A stretch of DNA of 60,109 bases, filler included. It is 6 parts of 6 records of this genome, joined end to end, with 100 filler letters (N's around TTAATTAATTAA, not from the genome) between each part and the next. Parts side by side here need not be neighbours in the genome. Positions count along the whole stretch, not along the records: positions 1 to 21,872 come from DRR723986_1298; 5 more parts are not named here. One strand, given 5' to 3'. This document shows, one piece after another, positions 1 to 9,258 of this stretch (position 1 is its first letter; every line of letters begins with the position of its first letter). Under the pieces are notes generated by a model that saw only the letters and a list, made by a program, of their open reading frames with translations, did not search any database and was not told the origin of the DNA. The translations under genes and the position numbers were made by a program.

Positions 1-2
1 GC

Positions 3-359
3 ACCCACCCCCATTGGGGCGAGGATGACACAGAATGCGCCACGCGCCGCCTGATCGAGGAAATGGGCATTCGTGACCTGCCGCTTAGCCATGTGGGGCA
101 GATCGAATATCGCGCCGATGTCGGCAATGGCATGGTCGAACACGAGGTAGTGCAAGTGTATCGCGCCCGCGCCGCCGCTGACCTGCCAATGAAGCTGAAC
201 CCGCGCGAGGTGGAAGATGCCACCTGGGTCAGCCTGCCGGTTCTCAACAGCGCGATCGAGCGCACGCCGGCCCGCTTTACCCCATGGCTGCAGATCTACA
301 TGCGCGATCACGCCGGCATGATCTTTCCCGAATTGGCGGTATCTGGGCCTGTGGCCTAG
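3..359 (+). CDS. idi: Isopentenyl-diphosphate delta-isomerase type 1 (5' truncated)
   Basis: Frame from base 3 reads THPHWGEDDTECATRRLIEEMG...EHEVVQVY...NPREV...RFTPWL, which are Nudix-fold IDI motifs; PGC context. Confidence 0.9.
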   Translation, partial: THPHWGEDDTECATRRLIEEMGIRDLPLSHVGQIEYRADVGNGMVEHEVVQVYRARAAADLPMKLNPREVEDATWVSLPVLNSAIERTPARFTPWLQIYMRDHAGMIFPELAVSGPVA

Positions 360-392
360 CCGCCCTGGGGCGCGGGCCGTGTCCTTTGGGCT

Positions 393-854
393 TTAGGCAT
401 AGGCAGGATTGCGGCGCAAAACCGAATAATTCAACGCGCCCGCAATGCTGACCCACAGCAAATAGGGCACCATCAAAGCCCCCGCCAATAGGCTGATCTG
501 GGCAAAGCTGATCACACAAGCCAGCACAAACAGCCACAGCCCCGCCATGGCAATCAGCGCCGCGCGCATCCGGTGCAGGCCAAAAAAGATGGGCGACCAC
601 AATGTGTTAAAGGCAATCTGCGCGCCCCAAAACGCCAGCGCCTGCCCGCCCTGCCCGCTTTGCGCAACCAACATCGCAGCATAGGACATGGCAATGTAAA
701 GCGTGGTCCAAACCAGCGGAAACACAAAGCCCGGGGGCGTCCAGCGGGGTTTGTTCAGCGCCTCATACCATTGGCCCGGCTGAAACATCGCGCCGGTGGC
801 AGCGGCCGCACCACAGGCGGCCAAAAACGTGAAAAAAAGGCCCCAATCCATCAT
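393..854 (-). CDS. tspO: Tryptophan-rich sensory protein TspO/CrtK
   Basis: WYEALNKPRWTPPGFVFPLVWTTLY, NTLWSPIFFG and PYLLWV motifs; downstream of crtB; start placed at MMDWGLF. Confidence 0.95.
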   Translation of the reverse strand: MMDWGLFFTFLAACGAAAATGAMFQPGQWYEALNKPRWTPPGFVFPLVWTTLYIAMSYAAMLVAQSGQGGQALAFWGAQIAFNTLWSPIFFGLHRMRAALIAMAGLWLFVLACVISFAQISLLAGALMVPYLLWVSIAGALNYSVLRRNPAYA

Positions 855-949
855 CTGCCGCCCCGCCCCTTTGCTGGGTTTTGCCAATGCCGCAGCGCGG
901 CGCCTACACCCTAGCTAGGGGCGATTTGGCCCAGTTCAAGCAACCCGCG

Positions 950-1957
950 CTAGGGGCGCGCCATATCATCGTGCTGGCGCAAGCGGGCCAGCACATCGAT
1001 CAACGCATCCGAGCGGCGGAATTCGCCCCCATCAACAGCCGCGGCCTGCACCAAAAACGCCACTTCCGACCGGGGGGGCGCATAAAGCGTGGCCATGCCC
1101 GGCTGCACCACACTGGCGCCCGCCCGCAGCCCCGACCAGGCCAAAAGCCGCAGCTTGGTGGCAGATGTGGTGCGCGCGCGCCGGCCGATGCTGTCGCAGC
1201 CCTGCGCCCGCAGCGCCGCGCCGATGGCGGCGTATATGTGGCGCGCGGCAAAAATGCCGGTGCGGCAATCAAGCGGCAGCGCGGCGATACCCGGCTCGGC
1301 CCGCTGGTATAGCTTGTCTGCCTCGCAAAGCAGCCGCGCCACCAGCGCCTGCACCTCGGGCGATAGGGCGGGGCGGCGCAAAAACGCATCGCGGCACAGG
1401 CCCGCTGCGGCAAACCAGTCGTGTGGCAAATAAAACCGGCCATTGCGTGCATCTTCGCCCACATCGCGGGCGATATTGGTCAGCTGCATCGCCAGCCCCA
1501 AATCGCAGGCGCGGGCCAAACGGTGGCGATCGCGCACGCCCATCAGCACGCACATCATCACCCCCACCACAGATGCCACCCGCGCAGAATAGGATAAAAC
1601 ATCGGAAAACGTGGGGCATTGGCGCCCCTCGGCATCCCATGCCAAGCCTTCCAGCAGGGCCTCGGGCAGGGCGCGCGGCATGTCATATTCGGCCACCATC
1701 CGGGCAAAGGCGCGATCTACCGGGTCGTCAAAGGGCTGGCCTGCATAGGCGTGATCCAAACGTTCTTGCAGGTGCAGCACGGCCGCGGCGGGGTGGCGCC
1801 CCTCGTCTACCGCGTCATCGGCCAGGCGGCAAAAGGCATAAAGCACATAGGCCGGGTCGCGCACGCGGCTTGGCAGCAGCTTTGAGGCGGCATGAAACGA
1901 CAGCGAGCCGGTGCGAATAGCCGCCCGGCAAAATTCCATATCAGCGGTGGCGCTCAT
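950..1957 (-). CDS. crtB: Phytoene synthase
   Basis: GSLSFHAASKLLP, YAFCRLADDAVD, LGLAMQLTNIARDVGEDA motifs. Confidence 0.97.
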   Translation of the reverse strand: MSATADMEFCRAAIRTGSLSFHAASKLLPSRVRDPAYVLYAFCRLADDAVDEGRHPAAAVLHLQERLDHAYAGQPFDDPVDRAFARMVAEYDMPRALPEALLEGLAWDAEGRQCPTFSDVLSYSARVASVVGVMMCVLMGVRDRHRLARACDLGLAMQLTNIARDVGEDARNGRFYLPHDWFAAAGLCRDAFLRRPALSPEVQALVARLLCEADKLYQRAEPGIAALPLDCRTGIFAARHIYAAIGAALRAQGCDSIGRRARTTSATKLRLLAWSGLRAGASVVQPGMATLYAPPRSEVAFLVQAAAVDGGEFRRSDALIDVLARLRQHDDMARP

Positions 1958-3504
1958 TCTGCGGCCATCCGGGGCGCGGCCATTGGGTGCAAGGCATCGG
2001 GCACCATCTGCGCCATAACCTCGGCCGTGCCAATCACGCCGGGCAAGCCCGCACCGGGGTGGGTGCCTGCCCCGGCCAGAAACAGGCCCGGCAGTTCCTC
2101 GGATACGTTATGGGGGCGGAACCATGCGCTTTGCAGGATGCGCGGCTCGATTGAAAAGCCAGCCCCCAAAGGCGAAAGATAGCGATCGCGAAAGGTTTCG
2201 GGGGTGAACACCAGGCTGGGGCCAAGATGGCGCCCAAGGCCGGGCAGCAACCTTTCTTCCAGCATATTTTGCATTTTCTGCCGGTAGGTTTCGGCCATTG
2301 CCGCCCAATCTGTTGGGTCGTCATGGCCCAAATGCGGCACGGGTGACAGCGCATAAAACGTATCATCCCCAGCCGGCGCCACCGTTTCATCGGTGACAGA
2401 GGGGCGGTGGACATAAAGGCTCATGTCATCGGCCAGATGCCCACGCTGGAAAATATCGCGGATATGGGTTTTATAGCGCGGCCCCACAGCAATGGTGTGA
2501 TGGCCCACATCGGGCCACAGGGCGCGCGTGCCCTTGGTGCCAAAATACCAAACAAACAGCCCCATCGACCAGCGCATGCCGCGCATTTTGGCATCGCTCC
2601 AGCGTTTTCGGGGGTGGTTGCGCAACAGCCGCGTATAGGTGTGGCCCGCATCGGCATTCGAGACCACAACATCGGCCGCAATATGCGCCCCACCCGCCAG
2701 ATCAACGCCCGAAACCCGCCCACCGGCGGTGGTGATTTCATCAACCTCGGTGCCCATCAACACCTGCCCGCCCTGCGCCTCGATCACGCGCACCATGGCC
2801 TGCGCGATGGCCTGCACACCGCCCATGGCGTAATGCACGCCAAAGGCTTTTTCCAAGTGGCTGACCAGAATATACATCGAGGTCACATGAAACGGATCGC
2901 CGCCAATAAAGAGCGGATGAAAAGACAGGGCAAAACGCAGCTTTTCGTTTTTCACCCGACGCGCGGCATGGGCATAGACCGAACGATCGGCGCGCATCAT
3001 TGCAAATTTTGGCAAAACCTTGATCAGATCGGCCAGTTTGTGCATGGGCCTGCGGCCCAGGTCCTCGTAGCCAAACCAATAGCGCGCCTCGGCATCTTGC
3101 AAAAACTTGGTGTAGCCCGGCACATCGCCCTTGGCCAGTTTCGCCACCTCTTTCATCATGGCGTCTTCGTCTTGGCGGGCGGCAAAACGGGTGCCATCGG
3201 CCCAGCGAATTTCGTAAAACGGGTCCATCGGCACAAGGCTGACATCGCGATCGAAATCGCGCCCACAGGCGGCCCACAGATCGCGCAAGCCCTGTGGCAC
3301 GGTGACAATGGTTGGCCCCAAATCAAAGCGGTGCCCCTCTTGGGTGATAGACGAGCCGCGCCCGCCCGGCTGATCTAGCCGGTCAATCACCGTCACCTCA
3401 TAGCCCTTGGCCCCCAGCCGCATGGCAGCTGCCAACCCACCAAGCCCGGCACCAATGACAATGGCACGCGAGGGCATCTGCGCAGAGCGCGGCCTAGCCG
3501 GCAT
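1954..3504 (-). CDS. crtI: Phytoene desaturase
   Basis: VIGAGLGGLAAA FAD motif, FDLGPT, GAGTHPGAGLPGV; 4-nt overlap with crtB; GGAGG upstream. Confidence 0.97.
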   Translation of the reverse strand: MPARPRSAQMPSRAIVIGAGLGGLAAAMRLGAKGYEVTVIDRLDQPGGRGSSITQEGHRFDLGPTIVTVPQGLRDLWAACGRDFDRDVSLVPMDPFYEIRWADGTRFAARQDEDAMMKEVAKLAKGDVPGYTKFLQDAEARYWFGYEDLGRRPMHKLADLIKVLPKFAMMRADRSVYAHAARRVKNEKLRFALSFHPLFIGGDPFHVTSMYILVSHLEKAFGVHYAMGGVQAIAQAMVRVIEAQGGQVLMGTEVDEITTAGGRVSGVDLAGGAHIAADVVVSNADAGHTYTRLLRNHPRKRWSDAKMRGMRWSMGLFVWYFGTKGTRALWPDVGHHTIAVGPRYKTHIRDIFQRGHLADDMSLYVHRPSVTDETVAPAGDDTFYALSPVPHLGHDDPTDWAAMAETYRQKMQNMLEERLLPGLGRHLGPSLVFTPETFRDRYLSPLGAGFSIEPRILQSAWFRPHNVSEELPGLFLAGAGTHPGAGLPGVIGTAEVMAQMVPDALHPMAAPRMAAE

Positions 3505-3550
3505 GGCAACCTCCTATTTTCAGGGCAGATTCAGCGCTCTTGGCTGAATG

Positions 3551-3601
3551 TGTCAATATAAACTTACACAAAGCGCTTTACACTGTCTACACCCCGTGAC
3601 A
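3551..3601. promoter_or_regulatory. Two PpsR/CrtJ operators (TGT-N12-ACA) in the divergent crtI/crtA promoter
   Basis: TGTcaatataaacttACA at 3551-3568 and TGTctacaccccgtgACA at 3584-3601. Confidence 0.88.
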
Positions 3602-3630
3602 TTCTTCTTCTGTCAGCAAAGGAAGCCACC

Positions 3631-4341
3631 ATGCAGACAACCATGCTTAGCCTGTTCCGGTTTGATCGGACCTCAGATCGCCTGTGGGTGCTGGGGCAAA
3701 TGGGCTTGGCGCGGTTTCAGATGCCCCGCGCAAAGGGCCTGCAATTTTGGAAATTATGCGGCACCGGCACCGGCGAAGGGTTCACCCCGCGCCCCAACTG
3801 GGGGGTTTGGGCGATTTTAACGGTTTGGGACAGCCCCGCCGCCGCCCAGGCCGCCAGCCGCATGGCCCCGTTTTGCCATTGGTCTGCCCGCGCCAGCGAA
3901 AGCTACAGCTTGCGCCTGGCGCCGCTGTCGGCGCGGGGGCAATGGGCCGGGCAAGCGCCGTTTTCGCCCCACACCACAGCCCACAGCCAGGGCCCCATCG
4001 CAGCGCTGACGCGGGCCAGCGTGAAACTGGGCCATGCCCTGCAGTTTTGGGGCCGCGTGCCCGATATTTCCGCAAAAATCGGCCAAGACCCCGCCGTGCT
4101 GTTCAAAATCGGCATCGGCGAGGTGCCCTTGCTGCACCAAGTCACCTTTTCGGTATGGCCAGATGCCACCAGCATGGCCGCCTTTGCCCGCCGCGGCGCC
4201 CACGCCGAGGCCATTCGCGCCGTGCGCGACAATGGCTGGTTTGCCGAAGAATTATACGCCCGCTTTCAGGTGCTGGGCACCGAAGGCCGATGGCACGGGC
4301 ACGATCCAATCGCCCGCCATCTTGCACAGGAGGCCGCATGA
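3631..4341 (+). CDS. crtA: Spheroidene monooxygenase
   Basis: FWKLCGTGTGEGFTPRPNWG, FKIGIGEVPLLHQVTFSVW, WFAEELYARF motifs. Confidence 0.95.
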   Translation: MQTTMLSLFRFDRTSDRLWVLGQMGLARFQMPRAKGLQFWKLCGTGTGEGFTPRPNWGVWAILTVWDSPAAAQAASRMAPFCHWSARASESYSLRLAPLSARGQWAGQAPFSPHTTAHSQGPIAALTRASVKLGHALQFWGRVPDISAKIGQDPAVLFKIGIGEVPLLHQVTFSVWPDATSMAAFARRGAHAEAIRAVRDNGWFAEELYARFQVLGTEGRWHGHDPIARHLAQEAA

Positions 4342-5339
4342 CACCTTTCCCCTTCTCCGCCATCGTCGGCCAAGACGAGATGAAAACCGCCATGATCCTC
4401 ACCGCGATTGACCCGCGGATTGGCGGCGTTTTGGTTTTTGGCGATCGTGGCACTGGCAAATCGACAGCCGTGCGCGCCTTGGCTGCGCTGCTGCCCCCCA
4501 TTCAGGCGGTGCAAGGCTGCCCCGTCAACTCGGCCACAGCCGCCGATTGCCCCGATTGGTTCACCCCAACCGCCACTGCCACCGAAACCCGCCAAACGCC
4601 AGTGGTCGATCTGCCCTTGGGCGTGTCAGAAGACCGGGTAACAGGGGCCTTGGATATCGAGCGAGCGCTGACCAGCGGCGAAAAGGCCTTTGCCCCCGGC
4701 CTGCTGGCACGCGCCAACCGCGGGTATTTGTATATCGACGAGGTTAATCTGCTGGAAGATCACATCGTGGATCTGCTGCTGGATGTGGCCCAATCGGGCC
4801 AAAACGTGGTGGAACGCGATGGCCTGTCCATTCGCCATGCGGCGCGGTTTGTGCTGGTGGGCTCGGGCAACCCCGAAGAGGGCGAATTGCGCCCGCAGCT
4901 GCTTGATCGCTTTGGCCTGTCGGTCGAGGTGCGCAGCCCCGACGATATCGAAACCCGGGTCGAGGTTATCCACCGCCGCGATGCCTATGAAAACAGCCAC
5001 GCCAGCTTTATGGCGCAATGGCAGCCGCAAGATGCCGCGCTGCGCGCCCAAATTGTGGCGGCGCGCCAGGGGCTTGCGGCGGTGAAAAGCACCTCGATCG
5101 CGCTTTATGATTGTGCTGCGATCTGCCTGGCCTTGGGGGCCGATGGCCTGCGTGGCGAGCTGACATTGCTGCGCGCGGCGCGCGCCCTTGCCGCCTTTGA
5201 AGGTGCCGCCGAGCTGACCCGCGCCCATATTCGCGCCGTGGCCCCCATGGCCCTGCGCCACCGCCTGCGCCGCGATCCGCTAGACGAGGCCGGCAGCACC
5301 ACCCGCGTCACCCGACAATTGGCCGAAGTGCTGCCCTGA
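4338..5339 (+). CDS. bchI: Magnesium chelatase ATPase subunit I
   Basis: MTPFPFSAIVGQ, Walker A GDRGTGKS, YIDEVNLL; ATG overlaps the crtA stop after GGAGG. Confidence 0.97.
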   Translation: MTPFPFSAIVGQDEMKTAMILTAIDPRIGGVLVFGDRGTGKSTAVRALAALLPPIQAVQGCPVNSATAADCPDWFTPTATATETRQTPVVDLPLGVSEDRVTGALDIERALTSGEKAFAPGLLARANRGYLYIDEVNLLEDHIVDLLLDVAQSGQNVVERDGLSIRHAARFVLVGSGNPEEGELRPQLLDRFGLSVEVRSPDDIETRVEVIHRRDAYENSHASFMAQWQPQDAALRAQIVAARQGLAAVKSTSIALYDCAAICLALGADGLRGELTLLRAARALAAFEGAAELTRAHIRAVAPMALRHRLRRDPLDEAGSTTRVTRQLAEVLP

Positions 5340-7156
5340 TGGCACTGGATGCCACATCAGGCAACGACAGGCCCGGCCCCGCCCCGGGCACGCCCTGGGC
5401 CCATGCCCAATTGGCCCTGACGCTGCTGGCAATCAACCCGCAGGGGCTGGGCGGGCTGTGGCTGATGGCGCGCGCAGGCCCGATGCGCGAACGCCTGCTG
5501 GCGCAGCTGGCCCCCTTTGCCCCGCAGCGCCTGCACCCGGCCATGCCCCCCGATAGCCTGGCAGGCGGAATGGACATTGCCGAAACCCTGCTGGCCCAAG
5601 CCCCTCGCTGGCGCCCCGGCCTATTGGCCAAGGGCGGTTGGGCGGTTCTCAGCTCGGCCGAGCGCACCAGGCCCGCCACCGCAGCGATGATCATCGATCA
5701 GGCCCGCACGGCCTGTGCCGCGGGCCGGCCCACTGCGCTTTTGGCCCTTGATGAAAGCGCAACCGAGGCCGAAGCCCTGCCCAGCCCCCTGGCCGAGGCC
5801 CTGGGCCTTTTTGCCGATCTCGATGGCCTGGCCCTGGCCGATTGCCCCGATGCCGCGATGCCACAGCAGAAAATCACCGCCGCCCAAGCCATGCTGGCGG
5901 GGGTGGCGCTGGCCGATGGGGCGCTAACCGCCATTGCGCAAACCTGCCAGATCTTGGGCATTGCCAGCCCCCGCGCGGCGCTGTTTTGCATGGCCGCAGC
6001 GCGGGCCCATGCGGCATTGCAGGGCCGGCATGTGACCAACACCGCAGATCTGGAAATCGCGGCAGCCCTGGTGCTGGCCCATCGCGCCACGCGCCAGCCC
6101 GAAACCCCACCCGATCAGGCCGCCACCCCGCCGCAAGACAGCCCTCCACCGCCACCGCCGCCAGACACCCCGCAAACAGATAGCGCGCCGCCAGACAGCG
6201 CGCCCGCTGACATGGCCGATGATGCACCCCCACCCCAGCCCGAGCCCACCACCGCCGAGATGCTGATCGCCAGCGCCCAGGCCGCCCTGCCCCACGACCT
6301 GCTGGCACGGCTGCAAGCGGGGCGGATCGCACGGCAAATGGCCAAGGGCGCCGCCGGCGCCGGTGCACGCCAGGCCAGCAGGCTGCGCGGCCGCCCCCTG
6401 CCCCCGCGCAGCGGCAAGCCCGGCGCAGGCCAAAGGGTAGATATTTTCGCCACCCTGCGCCAAGCCGCGCCGTGGCAGAAAATTCGCCGCGCAGCCCTGC
6501 AGGGCCCGCACGCCTCACAAGGCGCAAGCGGGCAGCGCCTGATGATCTGGCCCGCCGATATCCAGCTAAAGCGGTTCCAGGCCCGCCAGGAACGCGCCCT
6601 GTTTTTTCTGGTCGATGCCTCTGGATCGGCCGCAGTGGCCCGCCTGGCCGAGGCCAAGGGCGCGATCGAGCTGATGCTGGCCCAGGCCTATGCGCGCCGC
6701 GATCATGTGGCCTTGATCACCTTTCGCGGCACCCAGGCCGAATTGGCCCTGCCCCCCACCCGGGCCTTGGTGCAGGCCAAACGCAGCTTGGCAGGCTTGC
6801 CCGGCGGCGGCGCCACGCCGCTGGCCCATGCATTGGATATGGCCCGCGCCTGTGTGGCCCAGGCCCGCGCGCGCGGGCAAACACCCGCGCTGGCGGTTTT
6901 GACCGATGGGCGCGGCAATATCGCCCTGGATGGCAGCGCCAATCGCCAAGCCGCGCAGGCCGATACCACACGCATGGCGCAGGCCTTGCAGGCCATGCGC
7001 GTGCCCGCGCTGGTGCTTGACACCAGCCTGCGCCCCCGCCCCGATGTGCACACGCTGGCCATGGCGCTGGGGGCCGAATTGGTGCGCCTGCCGCGCGCCG
7101 ATGCACATGGGCTATCGGCCACCCTGGGCGCGGCCCTGGGGCGCGATCTGGCATGA
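5339..7156 (+). CDS. bchD: Magnesium chelatase subunit D
   Basis: Degenerate AAA N-terminus, Pro-rich linker, vWA MIDAS DASGS, GGATPLA, TDGRGN. Confidence 0.95.
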   Translation: MALDATSGNDRPGPAPGTPWAHAQLALTLLAINPQGLGGLWLMARAGPMRERLLAQLAPFAPQRLHPAMPPDSLAGGMDIAETLLAQAPRWRPGLLAKGGWAVLSSAERTRPATAAMIIDQARTACAAGRPTALLALDESATEAEALPSPLAEALGLFADLDGLALADCPDAAMPQQKITAAQAMLAGVALADGALTAIAQTCQILGIASPRAALFCMAAARAHAALQGRHVTNTADLEIAAALVLAHRATRQPETPPDQAATPPQDSPPPPPPPDTPQTDSAPPDSAPADMADDAPPPQPEPTTAEMLIASAQAALPHDLLARLQAGRIARQMAKGAAGAGARQASRLRGRPLPPRSGKPGAGQRVDIFATLRQAAPWQKIRRAALQGPHASQGASGQRLMIWPADIQLKRFQARQERALFFLVDASGSAAVARLAEAKGAIELMLAQAYARRDHVALITFRGTQAELALPPTRALVQAKRSLAGLPGGGATPLAHALDMARACVAQARARGQTPALAVLTDGRGNIALDGSANRQAAQADTTRMAQALQAMRVPALVLDTSLRPRPDVHTLAMALGAELVRLPRADAHGLSATLGAALGRDLA

Positions 7157-8028
7157 CGGTGCCCCCACCAGACTGGCCCCGCCGCGAGGCCTCGCATTTT
7201 CTGCGCCTGTCACCGCATGAATGGCATGTTCAGATTTTCGGCTCGGGCCCTGATGTATTGGCTTTGCATGGGGCGGGGGCCTCGTCGCACAGTTTTCACC
7301 CGCTGATTGCGCATTTGCCCGGCTACCGGCTGATCGTGCCCGACCTGCCGGGCCAAGGGCTGACGCGCGCGGGCGGAACCCAGCGGCTGGGGCTGGATGC
7401 CATGGCCGATGATCTGAACGCGCTGTGCCAATCGCAGGGCTGGCGCCCACAAGCCATTTTGGGCCATTCCGCAGGCGCCGCCGTGGCGCTGCGCATGGCC
7501 GAGGTGATGCCCAACCCACCCGCCTCGGTGGTGGGGCTGAACGCAGCGCTTGGCCCCTTTGGTGGCTTTGAGGGCTGGCTTTTTCCCAAACTCGCGCGCG
7601 CCATGTCGGCCAGCCCCTTTATCGCCGCGCTGGTCACGCGGTTTTCGGCCAGTGGCCGCCAGGTCGAGCGGCTGCTTGCAGGCACCGGATCAAGCCTGGA
7701 TGCCGATGGCATTGCCAATTATCGCCGCTTGGTGGCACGCACTAGCCATATCGAGGGCACCTTGGGCATGATGGCGCAATGGCAGCTTGAACCGCTGTTG
7801 GAACGGCTGCCGCAAAACTTTGTCAGCTGCTTGCTGCTGGCCAGCAGCAACGACCGCGCCGTGCCACCCGAGGTGTCGAAAAACGCCGCATTGCGCCTGC
7901 CTGATTGCACCTATGTCGAACTGCCAGGCTATGGGCATTTGATGCATGAAGAGGCGCCGGGCGAAGTAGCCAAATTTCTGCGCCCCTTCCTTGACAGCCA
8001 CACCAAAGCCCCGCGGCTGGTGCGCTAG
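7153..8028 (+). CDS. bchO: Alpha/beta hydrolase BchO
   Basis: LHGAGASSHSF, GHSAG nucleophile, GHLMHEE; follows bchD. Confidence 0.93.
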   Translation: MTVPPPDWPRREASHFLRLSPHEWHVQIFGSGPDVLALHGAGASSHSFHPLIAHLPGYRLIVPDLPGQGLTRAGGTQRLGLDAMADDLNALCQSQGWRPQAILGHSAGAAVALRMAEVMPNPPASVVGLNAALGPFGGFEGWLFPKLARAMSASPFIAALVTRFSASGRQVERLLAGTGSSLDADGIANYRRLVARTSHIEGTLGMMAQWQLEPLLERLPQNFVSCLLLASSNDRAVPPEVSKNAALRLPDCTYVELPGYGHLMHEEAPGEVAKFLRPFLDSHTKAPRLVR

Positions 8029-8031
8029 CGG

Positions 8032-9258
8032 CTAGGGCATTGGCCCCTCAAAGCGCCAATTGCGCCGGCGCGGCACGCGCACCGCCAGCATAGGCTTCAG
8101 CAGCGGCTGGGCATAGCGCCGCAGATCCAGCGCCTCGTGCACCCCCACGCTTTCGCAGCCATCGATCTGGGTGCGCACCGCCGCGCGGGTGTAAAACGGC
8201 GCATCCAGCATCGCCAGCACCTGCGCCGGGCGATAGCCCGGGTCGGCGCGGGTTTCGCGGCGCACCGCCCACAGGCTGCGCGGCAAGGCGGCACGGGGGG
8301 GCGCCTCGATCTCTTCGGTGCGGCCATCTGCGGAAAACCGCAGCGCCTGGGCGCGCGGCGTGCCATCGCGCAATTCGGCGTCATAAAAACACGTGGCCCC
8401 ACCCGCAGTGGGAAAGCGCCCCCAAGTCCAGTAATTGAAATCCGCCTCCAGGGCGGCGGTGCCGTAATTGGCATCGAAATAGCCATGCCCCTGCCAGCGA
8501 TGGCCCGGCGCGATATCAACCTCGATGCGGGCGATCGGGGCAAAGGGCTGCCAGTGGTGGCGCCCGGCGCCATCAAGCTGAAAGGGCGTGCCAAACAGCG
8601 CCTCTGGGTGCAGCACAATGCGCCCGCGCACCCGCCCCACGATGGGCGGCGAGGAGATTTCATTCAGCTCGATCACCAGCTTATCGCCCTGCCAATGCAT
8701 ATGGCTGGGGCCCACCTGCAACACATCGCGCGATTGCCGCAGCGCCGGGCGGCCGCGATCTGTCATGGTAAAACGGCCCTGTGGGCCATAGGTGGCCACG
8801 TTGATGCAGCAATGGTTTTGCGGATCGCGCCGCCCCGACCAGCGATACCACGGCGAAAAGACCGAGCCGATAAACCCGATTACAGAAACCGCCCGCGTGC
8901 CGCAGTCGCTGATACCGTCGACATACCACCACGCATAGCCATCAGGCGCGACCGCGCGGGTGAAATCTGGTCGGATTGCACCGCTTGCGCCGCGTGCTGG
9001 CCCGACAGCAGCGCCATCGGTACCCCCGCCCCCGGGTGCACCCCGCCCCCGGCCAGATACAGCCCCGCCAGCCCCGTGCGGGCCTGTGGGCGCTGAAACG
9101 TCGCCCATGTGCTGTTCGGGCTTTGGCCGTAAAGCGCCCCCTGACTGGCGGGAAAGAGCTGGGCGAATTGCGCCGGCGTCGTCAGCTGCGCCGCCTGTGG
9201 CCAGGGCCCCATCTGCAGCCCGAAATGGCGCAGCCGCGCCAAAGGATGATTTTGACAT
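8032..9258 (-). CDS. crtC: Hydroxyneurosporene synthase (carotenoid 1,2-hydratase); start uncertain, N-terminus overlaps crtD
   Basis: GYAWWYVDG, FIGSVFSPWY, GHGYFDAN, LDAPFY motifs; AAAGGA upstream of the ATG at 9258. Confidence 0.9.
   Translation of the reverse strand: MSKSSFGAAAPFRAADGALATGGAADDAGAIRPALSRQSGGALRPKPEQHMGDVSAPTGPHGAGGAVSGRGRGAPGGGGTDGAAVGPARGASGAIRPDFTRAVAPDGYAWWYVDGISDCGTRAVSVIGFIGSVFSPWYRWSGRRDPQNHCCINVATYGPQGRFTMTDRGRPALRQSRDVLQVGPSHMHWQGDKLVIELNEISSPPIVGRVRGRIVLHPEALFGTPFQLDGAGRHHWQPFAPIARIEVDIAPGHRWQGHGYFDANYGTAALEADFNYWTWGRFPTAGGATCFYDAELRDGTPRAQALRFSADGRTEEIEAPPRAALPRSLWAVRRETRADPGYRPAQVLAMLDAPFYTRAAVRTQIDGCESVGVHEALDLRRYAQPLLKPMLAVRVPRRRNWRFEGPMP

Noticed and set aside
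6095-6250. Pro-rich repeat in bchD
   Set aside because: This is the normal BchD/ChlD polyproline linker.
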